From positions 29,326,001-29,390,000 of the forward strand of contig NC_058372.1 of assembly GCF_018350175.1 (NCBI RefSeq): a stretch of DNA of 64,000 nucleotides, written 5' to 3'. Shown one piece after another: positions 10,475-22,155 of the stretch. Each line of letters begins with the position of its first letter. Position 1 is the first letter of the stretch. The notes beneath the pieces were generated by a model, which worked only from the letters and a program-made list of their open reading frames with translations, was not told the origin of the DNA and searched no databases. The translations under genes and the position numbers were made by a program. Source of the stretch: Felis catus. Taxonomy: Eukaryota.

Positions 10475-13400
10475 TCACGAGGATGACATTTCCAAAGTGG
10501 AGAGGATGAAGGCCTCTGGCTTGGCTTCCTGCTTCAGCACTCCTGTCAGCAGGAACTCAGGTGAGAGAATGGGCAGCCCAACCCGAAATGGAATAGAGCA
10601 TCGAGAGAAGTCCTGGGAGCATGTAATCACAACTCTCTGAGGCTGGGAAAGACAGAGAGCAAAGACAAAGTCATGGGTGAAAAACAATCCTAGAAATAGG
10701 TTTGGAGTCCACAAATCAGTTTCAGCATCGCTACAATATACTTCCTGATAGGAAGCACACTTGCTGGAAGTACTCTTCCCAGAAAAACTGAACCTGAATT
10801 TATTCGAGCTTTTAAAATTAACTACAATTTACAAGGAATGTAAGAGATGGAAGAACAAGATAAATTACACAGCAAAGGAGCAAACAGAAAAACCCAGACT
10901 GGAACATTCTAAAGAACAACTGACATAGTTTCTGCAGGAAGTCAATGGAATAAGAAAGGCTGGGTGGGTTGGGGGGGTATCTTCTAGAGTAAAAGAGAAT
11001 TAAGAGACATGCAATTGTGAGGGGAGCCTGGGTGGCTCAGTCAGTTAAGCAACTTATTTCAGCTCAAGTCATGATCTCAGGGGTGATGAGATGGAGCCCT
11101 GAGTTGGGGCTCTGTGCTGTCAGGGCAGGGCCTGCTTGGGATCCTCTCTCTCTGCCCCTTCCTGCTCACATGTGCAAGCATACTCTCTCTCAAAAATAAA
11201 CAGGGGTGCCTGAGTGGCTCAGTTGGTTAAGCCTCCAACTTTGGCTCAGGTCATGATCTCACAGTTCGTGGGTTTGAGCCCCGCCTCAGGCTCTGTGTTG
11301 ACAGCCGAGAGCCTGGAGCCAGCTTCAGATTCTGTCTCTTTCTGCCCCTACCCTGCTTGCACTGTGTCTCTCTCTCTCTCAAAAGTAAATAAACATTCGG
11401 GGCGCCTGGGTGGCTCAGTCGGTTAAGCGTCTGACTTCGGCTCAGGTCATGATCTCACAGTTTGTGAGTTCGAGCCCCACATCGGGCTCTGTGCTGACAG
11501 CTTGGAGCCTGGAGCCTGCTTAGATTCTGTGTCTCCCTCTCTCTCTGACCCTCCCCCCTTTCATGCTCTGTCTCTGTCTCAAAAATAAATAAAAATTTAA
11601 AAAATAAATAAACATTAAAAAAGTTTTTTTAAATAACCATTAAAAAAAAAGGAGATTGCAATTGTGGCAATACTTGGACCTCATCTGAATCTTGACTTGA
11701 ATTATAAAGACACATTTTTGGCCAATTGGAAAAATCTGACTAATGGACTCTGAGAAAATGACAAGAAACTATTGTTAGTTTTGTTATGGATCAATAATGG
11801 CATTGTGATTATGTAAACAAACATATATCATTTCTTACAGAAGTATACTTTAAGTATGTAGGGGGAAATAATATGATGCTTGTAGTTTCCTTTAAGATAC
11901 TTCAGCAAAGGGGCGCCTGGGTGGCTCAGTCAGTAAAGCATCTGACTCTTGGTTTCAGCCCATGACATGATCTCATGGTTTGTGAGTCTGAGCCCCGCAT
12001 CAGGCTCTGCGCAGAGCCTGCTTGGGATGATCTGTCTCCCCTCTCTTTCTGCCCCTACCTTGCTCATACTCTTTCAAAATAAATAAACTTTACAAAACTT
12101 TTTTTAAGTACTTCAGCAAAGAAAAAAAAAGGGATAAATGCAGACGATATAGCAAAATCTAAGCTACCTTGTTAAATCTGAGTGACTGATATATGGAGGT
12201 TCATTGATATATGGAAGTTCTCTCTCCCTTTGTGTATATTTAAAATATTAAAAATGCAAAATAAAAATCCATTTGGAATCAGCAAACCTCTCCTACATTC
12301 CTATCCCTTTATATACCACAGAGCTTACCCCCACCCTCTCACTACTCTGTTTCTATCCATACCAGTATTCTCCAAACTTTTCCCATTCCAGCCACCTCTT
12401 TAACTGCCACCTCACTAGACCCAAAACATACCACCCATACCTTATAGGAGCGGGGCATGCTGGGTAGGACAGTGCCTCCACAGCAGCTGATGATCTCTCC
12501 CATTTGAGGTGGTGGTGGCTGGACTCCTGGGGTCACATGGATCTCATAGCCCTAAGCAGAAGAAAACAGTGAAGACCATAGATGTATGCACTGAAAGCCC
12601 ATGAACAGCTGGAGAACCTCAGGAAGGAGGCCTGAAGCATGGGGCAGAAGACAGCCTCTCACCTCTAGCAACCTTCTCTCCCGAGCCCGGCTCAGGGCAT
12701 CTCGAAGGCTGAAGCCAAAGTTCTTCTCCTGCTCAGGATCAGTCACCACATATTCATCCGGGGGCAAGAAGCAACCAGCCTTGCGGGACTAAGGAGAGCA
12801 GCAGTGAGCATCAAAGCTGAGCCCAGCCTACCACCCAGCTCTTCTGCTCAGCATGTGGACGGAGCTTATGAAATGTTCTTTGAATTAAGCTTTCTGCCTC
12901 ATTCACCTCCCTTGTCTTCCTTTACCCCCTTTCCCCTCACTACTTTCTAGAGCATCATGTGAGCAGTCTTCTGCCATCAATATCTCTGCTGGTGTGCTAT
13001 CACCTCCTGGCCTCTCACCTGGTGCAGCCAGTCCAGGGAGAGGATGGGGATCCCCCGCCCCAGGGCACACAGGAACTTGACCGTGCGGCGGACTCGATCA
13101 GTCACCAGGTGGGAAGCCTCTGCCACTGAGCTGGCCAGACTCCCACCCAGGGCCAGCACCGCCCGTTCTCCACGGGCATCCACCACACCTGTGAAGAGTA
13201 CCTGTGGAGGGAGTTAGCCTAAGCTGGTCACGGCAACCCATGCCATCAGTGTCTATCTCTGAACCCCTAAGTCTCCTCCCATCCTCCCATGTCTGTCTCC
13301 CACCAAGCCCCACGCCCCTTCTCTCCTACTTTGGGTGCTGTGGACTCTTGGTTAGGTTTGACCCGCCGAAGGCTGTGGCTTGGGATTCCCCTGGGCTCCT

Positions 13401-16400
13401 CCTCTGTTTGGTCTCTCTTTCTCTTGCCTGGTCCTGGAATCACTGCCACCTGGGATTGAGAAAGATCTTGCTGGGAGTTTCTGAGCCTCCAAGCCCTTGC
13501 CTAGCTTCATGGCCCCAGCCCTCACCTCACCTCGTCCTTCCTTGGGCTCTCTGCTGAATCTTCTTCCTCTTTGTGGAGGGACACGGTCTTCTGTTGGAGC
13601 CGTTTTTGAAGTGGGGGTGAATCCACAGTAGCCAAAGGCCTCTTGCGGCTCTGAGAGGGCTTAGACTGGGGCTCTGGGGTGAACTCAGATCTGCCTGCTG
13701 CCTCTACCTTTTGGATCTGGGTAGCATGAGTGGGGGCCTCAGGAAGCTGGGCAAGAGCAGGCTCGGGAATGGTCCTAAGAGACTCCACTGCTCTCACTGC
13801 TCGTCTTTGGTTCTTTGAGGATCGAGAGTTAGGTTCAGGAGGTGCAGAATGGGGCTCATGGACAATGGGAGCTGTGAAGGACCCATGCTTCCTTGTGGCC
13901 CTCCGCTTCCTGCTGCAGTTGGCTTGAGGGATGGGCTCAGGGGGAACAGGCTGGCCTATGGGGTCAGGATTCTGGGATTCATGGGTGGTAAGAACTGGTA
14001 CAGCACTTACTGTAGACCTTAGTGTCTTACCCTGACCACCCTCAGCTATAGCCTTAGGGGTGACCAATTGATCTATGGGGTTGAGAGATTCAAGGTCAGA
14101 GGCTGTAGATTCAATTGGTTGGGGGATCTTGACAGAGGACCTATGTATCCTTCCCCGAGTGGCCCGAAATGTAGGCTCAGGGGTGACAGGCTGATCTGTG
14201 GAGATGGAAGGCTGGAGCTCAGAGGCTGTGGGGACAACTGGCTCAGGGGTCTTGACCGAGGACCTTTGTGTCCTGCCCCGAGTGGCCCGAGGTGTGAGTT
14301 TGGGAGTGACAGGCTTGTCTGTGGGGGTGGAAGCCTGGAGCTCAGGGACTGTGGGGACAACTGGTTTGGGGGTCTTGCTAGAAGACCTGGGTGTCCTGCC
14401 CTGAGATTTACGTTTGGGGGTGACAGACTGGCCTTTGGGGGTGGTAGGTTGGAGCTCAGGGGCTGTGGGAACAGTTGGTTCATGGGTCTTGACAAAAGAC
14501 CTGGATGTCCTGCGCTGAGATGTAGGTTTGGGGGTGACAGACTGGTCTGTGGGGATGGAAGACTGGACTTCAGGAGCTGTTGGGACAACTAGCTCAGGAA
14601 TCTTGACAGAAGACCTAGGTATCCTGCTATGAGTGGCCCCAGTGAGGACAGACTGGTCTTTGGAGGTGGTAGGCTGGAGTTCAGGGGCCGTGGGGACAGT
14701 TGATTCAGGAGGGATCTTGACAGAGGACCCACGTGTCCTGCCTCGAGTGACTCGAGATGTGGGCTCAGGGGTGACAGGCTGGTCTTTGGAAGTAGAAGGC
14801 TGGAGCTTAGGGGCTGTGGGGACAATTGCTTTGGGAGTCTTGACACAAGACCTACGTGCCCTGCCCTGAGTAGCCCCAGATACAGACTCAGTGAGGACAA
14901 ACTGGCCTTTGGAGGTGGAAGGCTGGAGCTGAGAGGGTGTGGAAATAACCGGTTCAGGGGTTTTTACAAATTTATGTGTCCTGTCCTGAGATATGAGCTC
15001 AGGAGTGACAGACTGGTCTTTAGAGGTGGAAGGCTGAACATCAGGGGCTGTAGGGACAACTACTTCAGGGGCCTTGACAGAGAACCTTTGTGTCCTACCC
15101 CGAGTGATCCGCGATGTGAGCTCAGGGGTGACAGGCTGGTCTTTGGAAGTGGAAGGCTGGAGCTCAGGGGCTGTGGGGACAACCAGTTCAGGGGTCTTCA
15201 CAGAGGACCTACGTCTCCTGCCCCGAGTGACCTGAGATGTGGGCTCAGCACTGAGGGGTTGGTCTGTGGGAATGGCAGTATGAGGTTCAAGGGCTACAGA
15301 AGAAACTGGAGAGGGTGTCTTCCTGGAGGACCCTCGGAGCCTGACTTTGGATTTTGGCAAGGGAGTCTCTGGAACTTTCTGATTCCTGTTTTGCCTGGTC
15401 CTGGGAATGGGCTCTAAAGAAGATGGAGAGGAAGAACAGAAGGGCTGAGGCACAGGATGTTTTTGACTCTGAAAGAGGAGGGGGTTTTGGTGTGGGGCTG
15501 AAGCTTCAGGCACTGCAGGAGGCTGACAAGCATCTGTAGATTCCTGATCACCCTGAGGAGAAATAGAAGCAAGTGAGGGAGGAAGAGGCAGAAAGAAGAC
15601 AGTACTTGAATACTGTTCTTGATACTTGTTTATGGTTAGACTGTGTTCCTGGCATTTCACTTGTCTATGACCTCCCTTCCTAAGACTGGAAACTTCCTGG
15701 GGAGGGAGCAGTCCTCGTTCCCACAGACCCCACCTCATGCTAGAATAGTGTTCTCCATAGATGGATGATGGCAATAAGAGGATGGTTGGGGGGCGCCTGG
15801 GTGGCTCAGTCGGTTAAGCGTCCGACTTCAGCTCAGGTCACGATCTCGCGGTCCGTGAGTTCGAGCCCCGCGTCGGGCTCTGGGCTGATGGCTCGGAGCC
15901 TGGAGCCTGTTTCTGATTCTGTGTCTCCCTCTCTCTCTGCCCCTCCCCCGTTCATGCTCTGTCTCTCTCTGTCTCAAAAATAAATAAACGTTAAAAAAAA
16001 AATTTAAAAAAAAAAGAGGATGGTTGGAAAAAAGAGGGAAAAGACACAAAAAAATTGGATATTCTGAGTTAGGTACAGGGAGACAGAACTTGAAAAACAG
16101 ATACAGAAAATGACAGGTGCCAAGGGAAAGGGAAAGAAACCAACTAAGGAGTGGTGACAACAGATTAAAACTGGGAAGACAGAGAAAGGAGTAGATTGGA
16201 GCAAGGTTAGGGGAAGGAACAGTGGAATAGGAGGAGGCAGAAACAGCAGCTCTCACCCTGAAGGCCTTCTCAGCAGGTGGCACCTCACAAGTCAAGTGGC
16301 CTAGACAGAAAGTAAAAACAAGTGTAGCTGAGGTCTAAGCAGTCAGTCACTTGGGGGTTGATTAGCATGAAGGCTAACCTGGGGTTCCCCTCTGTCTTCA

Positions 16401-19400
16401 CTTACCTCTCTGCTGCCTCCTGGGGCTCATTGGGACTCCCTCTCCTCCACCTGACTGGCTCCCAGAAGCTACTGAGGCTGAAGCAAGTCCCTGATGACTG
16501 CCTGTCCCTGTTTCAAGCTCTAGTGTTGGACTGGAGGCTTGCCCTTCCTGGTCCTGGCTCCCTTTCTCAGTCTCCCCTCTCTGTGGGCCTCTCTCCAGTA
16601 TTATTTCCGGTACCTCAACTCCTAATCCATTTGGCTCACCCTCTCTCTCTAGTACTAATTTCTCTGTTTCTCTCTCAAATATTTCTCTTGCAAGAATCTG
16701 CTTTTCTATTTCTTTCTCTTGTATTTCCCTGGTTATCTCAATTTCTACGTTCAAACTCTCCATATTTCTTTTAATACTTGCAATTTTCACCTTTTGGTCA
16801 GACTCTTGTCCTTGAGTATCTCTAGCTAACACCTGTATCCCTCTGGTTAACTCTTCTTCTCCTATCACATCTTCTTGTTCTCCTGATGGCAGGTTCTCAG
16901 TTTCCCTGTCCAATGGTCCTCTCTCAGGGGCCACCCCCTCTGCTGCTTCTCTTGGTATCCCCATGTCTTTCTCCATAGTCTGCATCCCTTTGTCCTGAAT
17001 CCCCAATGGCTCTATGTGAACTGGGCTTCCTGGATTTTGGCCTTGTGGTATTGTCCAAGGTGTAGAGAGGCAGGATCCATGGGCATCAAGAGGAGCAACA
17101 ATGGGCTCGGGCTCAGGGGCCTCAGACTCTCTTGGACAGAATGGCTGTGTTGCCAAGACCTCCCACGGCTCATCCAAGGTACCTGGAAGGAGACAGGGAG
17201 AGAGAGAGATACAGATTGAAAATGTAACAGGTTGAGAAAAGATTAAGATAAATTCATGAACAGTAAACCTAAATGGATTATTAAAGGAAAGTTGGGAATA
17301 AGGAGGACAGTTATAACATTTAGTATTTGTCTAAAAAATAAGACCGCACACACATACATAAATTCTCATAGGGGTGCCTGGGTGGCTCAGTTGGTTAAGC
17401 ATCCAACTTCAGCTTAGGTCATGATCTTGTGGTTCATGAGCTCAAGCCCCACATCAGGCTCTCTGCTGTCAGCACAGAGCCCGCTTCAGATCCTCTATCC
17501 CCCTCTCTCACTGCCCCTCTCCAGCTCGTTCTCTCTCAAAATAAATAAATAAAGTTAAAGGGGCGCCTGGGTGGCGCAGTCGGTTAAGCGTCCGACTTCA
17601 GCCAGGTCACGATCTCGCAGTCCGTGAGTTCGAGCCCCGCGTCGGGCTCTGGGCTGATGGCTCAGAGCCTGGAGCCTGTTTCCGATTCTGTGTCTCCCTC
17701 TCTCTCTGCCCCTCCCCCGTTCATGCTCTGTCTCTCTCTGTCCCAAAAATAAATAAACGTTGAAAAAAAAAATTAAAAAAAAAAATAATAAAGTTAAAAA
17801 AAAAAGTTCTCATAGCAGCCTCTTTAAAAATGACGGAGGGGCGCCTGGGTGGCTCAGTTGGTTAAGTGTCCGGCTTGATTTCAGCTCAGGTCATGATCCC
17901 ATGATTCGGGATACTGAGCCTTGCATCAGGCTCTGCATTGACAACGAGAGCCTGCTGGGGATTCTCTCTCTCTCCCTCTCTCAAATAAATAAATAAACTT
18001 AAAAAAAAAAAATTAAAAAGATGATGGAGATGGAGAAACATCAGCAAAAGTCAAACAATATGAAAAAAACATGTAGAGGGAGAAAGCAATGATGCCAAGT
18101 TAGGGGCATGAAAGATAGAATAGCTTATACCTGTATCCTGGAAGCTACAGCAGGAAGGACCAGGCTCTTGGGGTAGAGTAACCAGAAACGCCTGGGTGGC
18201 TTCATCCTCCATGCTCTGGGCTGTTGCACAAGAAAAGCCAACTCAAGCACAGCTCCTCCACAGAACTCCAGGGTCCCATTCCTGGTTTCTTGCCTCACCC
18301 ATGCTAGCTTTCACAACCTTCAAGGACCACCACTTTGGGCTCCCAGGTCCCACCTGCACCAACATCCACATGACATGGATGTCCTCACCTTCCAGATTCT
18401 GATTGTCTCTCTCCACAAAGCACTGGGTAGCCTGTAGGTCCAGGTCTTCAGAATCTGGTGGAGGAAGAATAGAGGATCGATAATAAAAACTCTACCTGAC
18501 CCTTAATTCCTTACTCTCTCTACCATTTTCTCCCTAACCCAAATCCTTCTGCAATGGACCAAATGTGTGTATCCCCCAAATTCATATGCTGAAATCTAAT
18601 TTCCAACGTGAGTTTATTAGGAGGTGGGGCCTTAGGGAGATGATTAATACATGAGGATAGAACACATGTAAATGGGATTGATACCCTTAAAAAGAGACCC
18701 CAGAGGGGCCTGGGTGGCTCAGTCGGTTAAGCATCCGACTTTGGCTCAGGTCATGATCTCGCGGTCCATGAGTTCGAGCCCCGCGTCGGCCTCTGTGCTG
18801 ACAGCTCAGAGCCTGGAGCCTGTTTCAGATTCTGTATCTCCCTCTCTCTCTGCCCCTCCCCCGTTCATGCTCTGTCTCTCTCTGTCTCAAAAATAAACGT
18901 TAAAAAAAAAAAAAAGAGACCCCAGAGAGTTCCCTTGTGCCCTCTGCCATGTGAGGACATAGTAAGAACACAGCTGCCTATGAACAAGGAGGCAAGTCTT
19001 TACCAGAACATGACCAATCTGGCATTTTGATCTTAGACTTACCAGCCTTCACAACTGTGTGAAAAATAAATTTCTGTTATTTATAAGCCACCAGTATTCT
19101 GTTATTACAGCCCAAATGGACTAAGATACTCTATAAGCATTCTTTCTTTTAGGGGTCAAGGGAGAAGGCCAGCACTTACCACCGTGGTTGTCTCCAGAGT
19201 CCTGGGTCCTGTCCATATGTGGTTCTCTCTCCCTTTCTATGGAGGTCTGGGCTCCCTCTCTCTGTGGCTGGATGGATTCCCCTGAAGTGCCTGTGACCAC
19301 CAGATCATTAATATCCTCCCTTGAGACAGGGAGGTGATCCTGCTCCACCTGTGACACAAGTGACCCACCCTGGGCCCTCGCCTCAAGATCTCTCTTGTGC

Positions 19401-22155
19401 TCAAGAACAGCTACAGCCCTCTTTGCCCCAGCATCCTCTTCTGCTGGAAGCTGGCTCTTTCTTATATCTGCCACCACTGAAGCTGCTAAGGATATGCCCT
19501 CCACATCTGTCTCACAGTCCCCAGATGGAGGTTGGGCTTCCTCTAGATGCATCACAGGCAGCTTCGCTTGGCCCTCTTCTACTTCCACATCTGTTTGATC
19601 TGTCCATACCACAGGCACCTGATGCTTCTCCACAAGTATAACAGCTGACCCTGGTGGGACTTTCTCCTTCACTTGTATGTTGATGTCCACTGTGGCAGAG
19701 GCTTGGCTTCTCTCCAGATGGACCGCAAGTGAGCTCTTATCTTTGTCCACCCCTAGATCACTGTTTTGGGGAGGAGGTTGCCTCTTTTCTGAATATGCCT
19801 TGTCTGTGTGACCCTTGAAAACAGTTCCTCTCTTTTCCATTGGGAGCCCCTCCTCCTCCATGTCTGTGTCGCTGTCTCTCCCAGTAGAGGTTTGGTTTTG
19901 CTCCCGAAGGGCCACAGGTTGGGCCCTGTCCTCTTCCAAATCTGTATCTCTGTTCCATGTAGTGGCTCGGCTCTCTTTCAGATGTGCCAAAGCGAGTGCT
20001 GCTAAGACTTCTTCCTCACCATCTGTATTGCTGTCAATCACCACAGAGGCTCGGCTTCTCTCTAGAGGGACTGCCAGCTGGATCTCACCTTCCCCCACAT
20101 CTGTATCACTACCAGTTGGGCTCTCCTGTAGATGTACCAAGGCATGTGTCCGAGGACTCTCTGTACTAATTCCATGGAAGATTTGCCTCTTCTTCATAGG
20201 AACTACAGCTGGGGTTGCAGGGATCTCTTCTTCTTCCACATCAGTATCACTGTCTATGAAGTCAGAAGGCTGAGCCCTTTCCAAATGGACCACAGCAGGC
20301 CTTCCTGGAGGCCTGCTCTCATCATCCACATCTGTGTCACTGTCTTCCCCAGCAGGTTGGTTCCTCTCCAGTATCACCCCAAGTGGGACCACCCCATTCC
20401 TTGCATCCCTTTCAACTTCTGTGTCATTGTTTCTCTCTTTTACTGAACACTGATTCTTTTCAAGCTGGATTTCAGTTGCCATAGCTGTAGACTGTTTTGT
20501 CTCTGCAGTGGAGCCTCTTCTGGCAGTTGAGGAGGCCTCTCCTGATGCTGGATGTTGACTTTCTTCCTCATCTGTGTCACTGTCCAGGTTGAATGCAAAA
20601 GGTGGCCCAGGGCCATCTGGGGCAGGGGAAGGCCCCTCTTCATCACTGTGAAGGGAACAGAAAGCAAAGAATCTAAAGCATGTTTCCCAAGAAGGAATAT
20701 TCTACTCAACAGGGAGCTCCCTGAGAGCAGACACAAGGCAGTAGCTGTTTTTTTTCTCCCCAGCAATTAGTTCTCTACTTGGCACGTCAGGTTAATTAAA
20801 GTTCAGCTGAGCAAAAGACTATGTGCAATTCCCTGGCCCCACTTTCATGATAATCATCTCTCAGAGATGGATCCTATAGCCCTGGTTCCTCCTCCTTTTG
20901 AAGACTCAAGTATCTGGTCCTCTGCACTCACCTCTCTGGAACCACTGCAGCTAGAGGGCAGGTTCTTGGTTCTTTCACCACACACCTTTCTGAAGGAGAA
21001 TCTATAAAGAATAGAAAGGAGTAAGTTGACTATTTTAAACTCACCATCCCCATCTTCTCACCCACCCTCCCAATACACAAACATACCTACTTCCTCCTCT
21101 GAGTCCTCAGCCAACAGGAGTCCCTGGGGTTGAGTTCGTCCCTGTACCCTGGGTGTCTCTTCTATAGTTAGAGGGCCCCGGGAAACAAAGGCCAGGGGAA
21201 CATTCAGGCGATGGTACTGGCAGGGCAAGTCAGCAAAGAGAATCAACTCCTGGTCCCTCAGCCGATGACTCACCCCTGGGCTTAGGACCTTAGGAGGCCT
21301 TAGGACTTGAGTACCATTGAGGCTACCACAATCTTGAAGGACAGGTGCCTTGTCCCAGGCCAAGATTTCAATCACTGCATGTTGTTTGGAGATGGATGAA
21401 AAGGGCAGGATCACAGAGCAATCAGGCATTCGGCCTACCATATTCTTCCCGAGATACAGAGGGAAATCTAAGAATTAGAGAGGTAGATAGATTAAGGCCA
21501 GAGTCTTGGCCTGCTATCAGGAAAATATTCCTGTTAAGTACCCCACTACTAACTCAAGGTCTCCACATACACAAGAAAATAAAAGGCTGTAGTATACCTA
21601 AGTATTGAAGAATATAAGCAATGTTATTCATTGTCAATATCTATNNNNNNNNNNNNNNNNNNNNNNNNNNNNNNNNNNNNNNNNNNNNNNNNNNNNNNNN
21701 NNNNNNNNNNNNNNNNNNNNNNNNNNNNNNNNNNNNNNNNNNNNNNNNNNNNNNNNNNNNNNNNNNNNNNNNNNNNNNNNNNNNNNNNNNNNNTCTATCT
21801 GAATCTCTTCACCTTCTCCTACCAAAGTAAAATTGAGCCCATTGAGTCCAGGGCACTTGCCTGGAACAATCAATTCAATCAGCCCCCTCTTCTCCATTCC
21901 CAGTGAAAAACATTTTCAGATCTCCTTGAAATATATATAAGCTTCTTGCAACCTTCCAACTACCTCCCCATAAAAATAAGGGGCCTGTGTCAGTACTCGA
22001 GCATCTAATAACCTCTGACCTTTTTCTGGTCCATGGGCACTACTGAAGATATGCAGTCGTCCTACGGGCTCCAAGCTACACCCCAAGGATTCACTGGGTA
22101 TCTCTTTCTCCTCCTCTTCCTCAACCTCCCAGTTAATAGCTTGGGTGTCTTCCAT
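10475..22155 (-). CDS. MDC1: Mediator of DNA damage checkpoint 1 (1919 aa, 14 coding exons)
   Basis: Coding exons 22155-22020, 21467-21087, 21001-20932, 20645-19180, 18454-18389, 18220-18131, 17182-16406, 16300-16257, 15552-13531, 13449-13330, 13201-13019, 12788-12663, 12551-12441, 10642-10475 total 5760 nt, GT-AG and phase-consistent. MEDTQ start, FHA domain, SDTD repeats, TQxF motifs, PST repeats and tandem BRCT (VLFTGVVD...[20 protein letters not shown]). Confidence 0.97.
11020..12100 (+). mobile_element. Four CAN-SINEs (11020-11201, 11203-11397, 11399-11625, 11910-12100) within an old L1M fragment in the last MDC1 intron
   Basis: tRNA-like heads, (CT)n tracts and AATAAA tails. Outer TSD gcaattgtg, inner TSD aataaacatt. 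Confidence 0.9.
14098..15288 (-). repeat. MDC1 PST coding tandem repeat, 10 units of 37-42 aa
   Basis: Consensus [41 protein letters not shown]. Unit lengths 41, 41, 37, 41, 42, 37, 38, 38, 41, 41 aa. Confidence 0.92.
15790..16015 (+). mobile_element. Young felid CAN-SINE (SINEC_Fc type)
   Basis: Full length, CpGs intact, perfect TSD aagaggatggttgg. Confidence 0.93.
17371..18015 (+). mobile_element. Three CAN-SINEs (17371-17558, young 17559-17790, 17838-18015)
   Basis: SINE heads and tails. TSDs aataaagttaaa and ttctcatag. Confidence 0.9.
18550..19127 (+). mobile_element. MaLR solo LTR (MLT1A-like) interrupted by a CAN-SINE (18706-18914)
   Basis: MLT1 motifs cccccaaattcatatgctgaaatc, gccatgtgaggaca and aataaatttctgtt...taagccacc, ending gactaagata. 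SINE TSD aaaaagagaccccagag. Confidence 0.85.

Noticed and set aside
14098-15288. CRISPR-like periodicity (~123 nt)
   Set aside because: In-frame coding tandem repeat in a mammalian exon, with no unique spacers or cas genes.
14068-15417. Plus-strand ORFs encoding repeated [15 protein letters not shown] peptides
   Set aside because: Antisense shadows of the MDC1 PST tandem repeat, interrupted by stops and without independent gene structure.
15553-15774. N-terminal 74 aa of the 750-aa ORF
   Set aside because: Intronic read-in upstream of the true acceptor at 15552.
18221-18388. 168-nt (3n) MDC1 intron as a possible in-frame retained segment
   Set aside because: Contains an in-frame stop codon.
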